The position numbers and the translations under genes were made by a program. DNA of 64,000 nucleotides from a virus. The stretch lies in the IMG/VR virus record IMGVR_UViG_2936984999_000007. One strand, given 5' to 3'. The notes beneath the pieces were generated by a model that ran no database searches, had not been told where the DNA came from, and saw only the letters and a list, made by a program, of their open reading frames with translations. This document shows, in pieces, positions 63,643 through 64,000 of this stretch. Position 1 is the stretch's first letter. Every line of letters begins with the position of its first letter.

Positions 63643-63651
63643 GGGGGGGGG
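63643..63651. repeat. G9 homopolymer tract between the two fibre genes
   Basis: ttcgggggggggtaaaacc read directly from the sequence. Confidence 0.6.
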
Positions 63652-63754
63652 TAAAACCTGACCGCCATAAGAAAAGAACTCCTCCCTGACCGGGTGACTA
63701 TCCGAAATTGTTATGAGGACAGCCGGATAAACACCGGCAGGAAGGAGATTTTTT

Positions 63755-64000
63755 ATGGGAACTTTTAAGGGTAAGCGGATCATTCCGAAACACGATGGCG
63801 TATGGAATCAGAAAAAGGAATATGAGGAACTGACGATCGTTCTGGATGCGGAAAGTGGGGATGGTTATATCTCCAGAAAGCCAGTCCCGGCAGGTACAGT
63901 GCTGACCGATACGGATTATTGGAGCCTGTGCAGTCATTTCAATGCCCAGATGCACCGTCTGGAAACAGATGTGGCAGAAGATGTGGAAGGAATGCACACA
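63755..64000 (+). CDS. second receptor-binding fibre gene, 5' end (continues beyond window)
   Basis: MGTFKGKRIIPKHDG ... CSHFNAQMHRLETDVAEDVEGMHT. The last ~65 nt are near-identical to 60121-60190 of the first fibre gene. Confidence 0.55.
   Translation, partial: MGTFKGKRIIPKHDGVWNQKKEYEELTIVLDAESGDGYISRKPVPAGTVLTDTDYWSLCSHFNAQMHRLETDVAEDVEGMHT

Noticed and set aside
63643-63651. G9 tract as a definite phase-variation switch
   Set aside because: Frame changes do not fuse the mini-ORF to either fibre gene, and a homopolymer sequencing error cannot be excluded. Reported only as a low-confidence observation.
62289-63668. 459 aa minus-strand ORF
   Set aside because: Antisense to the fibre gene (SGNH domain region).

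Overview
The window holds the left arm and the centre of a roughly 60 kb temperate siphovirus-type prophage, about 50% GC, with Firmicutes/Clostridia-like gene content. The first ~2.3 kb is host DNA: an AraC-family regulator tail and an RmlC-like cupin. The prophage runs from about 2.35 kb to beyond 64 kb. No integrase, att site or lysis cassette lies inside the window, so the right end must be further on.

Modules, left to right:
(1) Immunity region. ImmA/IrrE metallopeptidase and an XRE repressor sit on the minus strand (2742-3946). They face divergent, overlapping sigma-A-like promoters carrying two GGAAC-N4-GTTCC operators and a separate family of GAAATGT half-sites. An orphan type-I-like specificity (half-HsdS) plus N6-adenine methyltransferase pair lies directly beside the switch (4276-6343).
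(2) Early regulators: a Cro-like XRE protein (7008-7355) and a sigma-70 region-4 protein (7795-8553).
(3) Replication module (10279-23036): DUF2800 nuclease, DUF2815, family-A DNA polymerase, DUF932, VRR-NUC, an SNF2 helicase broken by an in-frame TAA, and a VirE/primase.
(4) A solitary MazF/EndoA-like toxin with a basic N-terminal extension (20041-20610).
(5) A methylation island (23339-30491): phage-borne SAM synthetase (MetK), an HNH endonuclease, two TRASH/zf-FCS zinc-ribbon proteins, a ParB-fused methyltransferase, a second amino-methyltransferase and a 751 aa C5-cytosine methyltransferase.
(6) An amidoligase plus two gamma-glutamyl-cyclotransferase genes, with an acidic partner protein that shares the C-terminal module of the amidoligase, plus DUF4314 and DUF3846 proteins (30716-35277).
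(7) An array of small, mostly acidic ORFs (36.1-39.3 kb). Each unit carries the same conserved promoter-leader cassette; seven copies in all, one of them driving the amidoligase.
(8) Packaging and head genes: P27-type TerS, TerL, HK97-type portal, ClpP-like protease and major capsid protein.
(9) Tail module, interrupted by an SPFH/band-7 protein and a self-contained AbiEi/AbiEii abortive-infection cassette. It also holds a tail chaperone with an A-AAA-AAC -1 frameshift site, a ~1969 aa tape measure protein, Dit and Tal.
(10) Two tandem receptor-binding fibre genes. The first carries a C-terminal SGNH esterase. A G9 homopolymer tract sits between them.

The most unusual content is the repeated promoter-leader gene-cassette array, the amidoligase/GGCT system wired to the same promoter family, and the MetK-plus-methyltransferase island.
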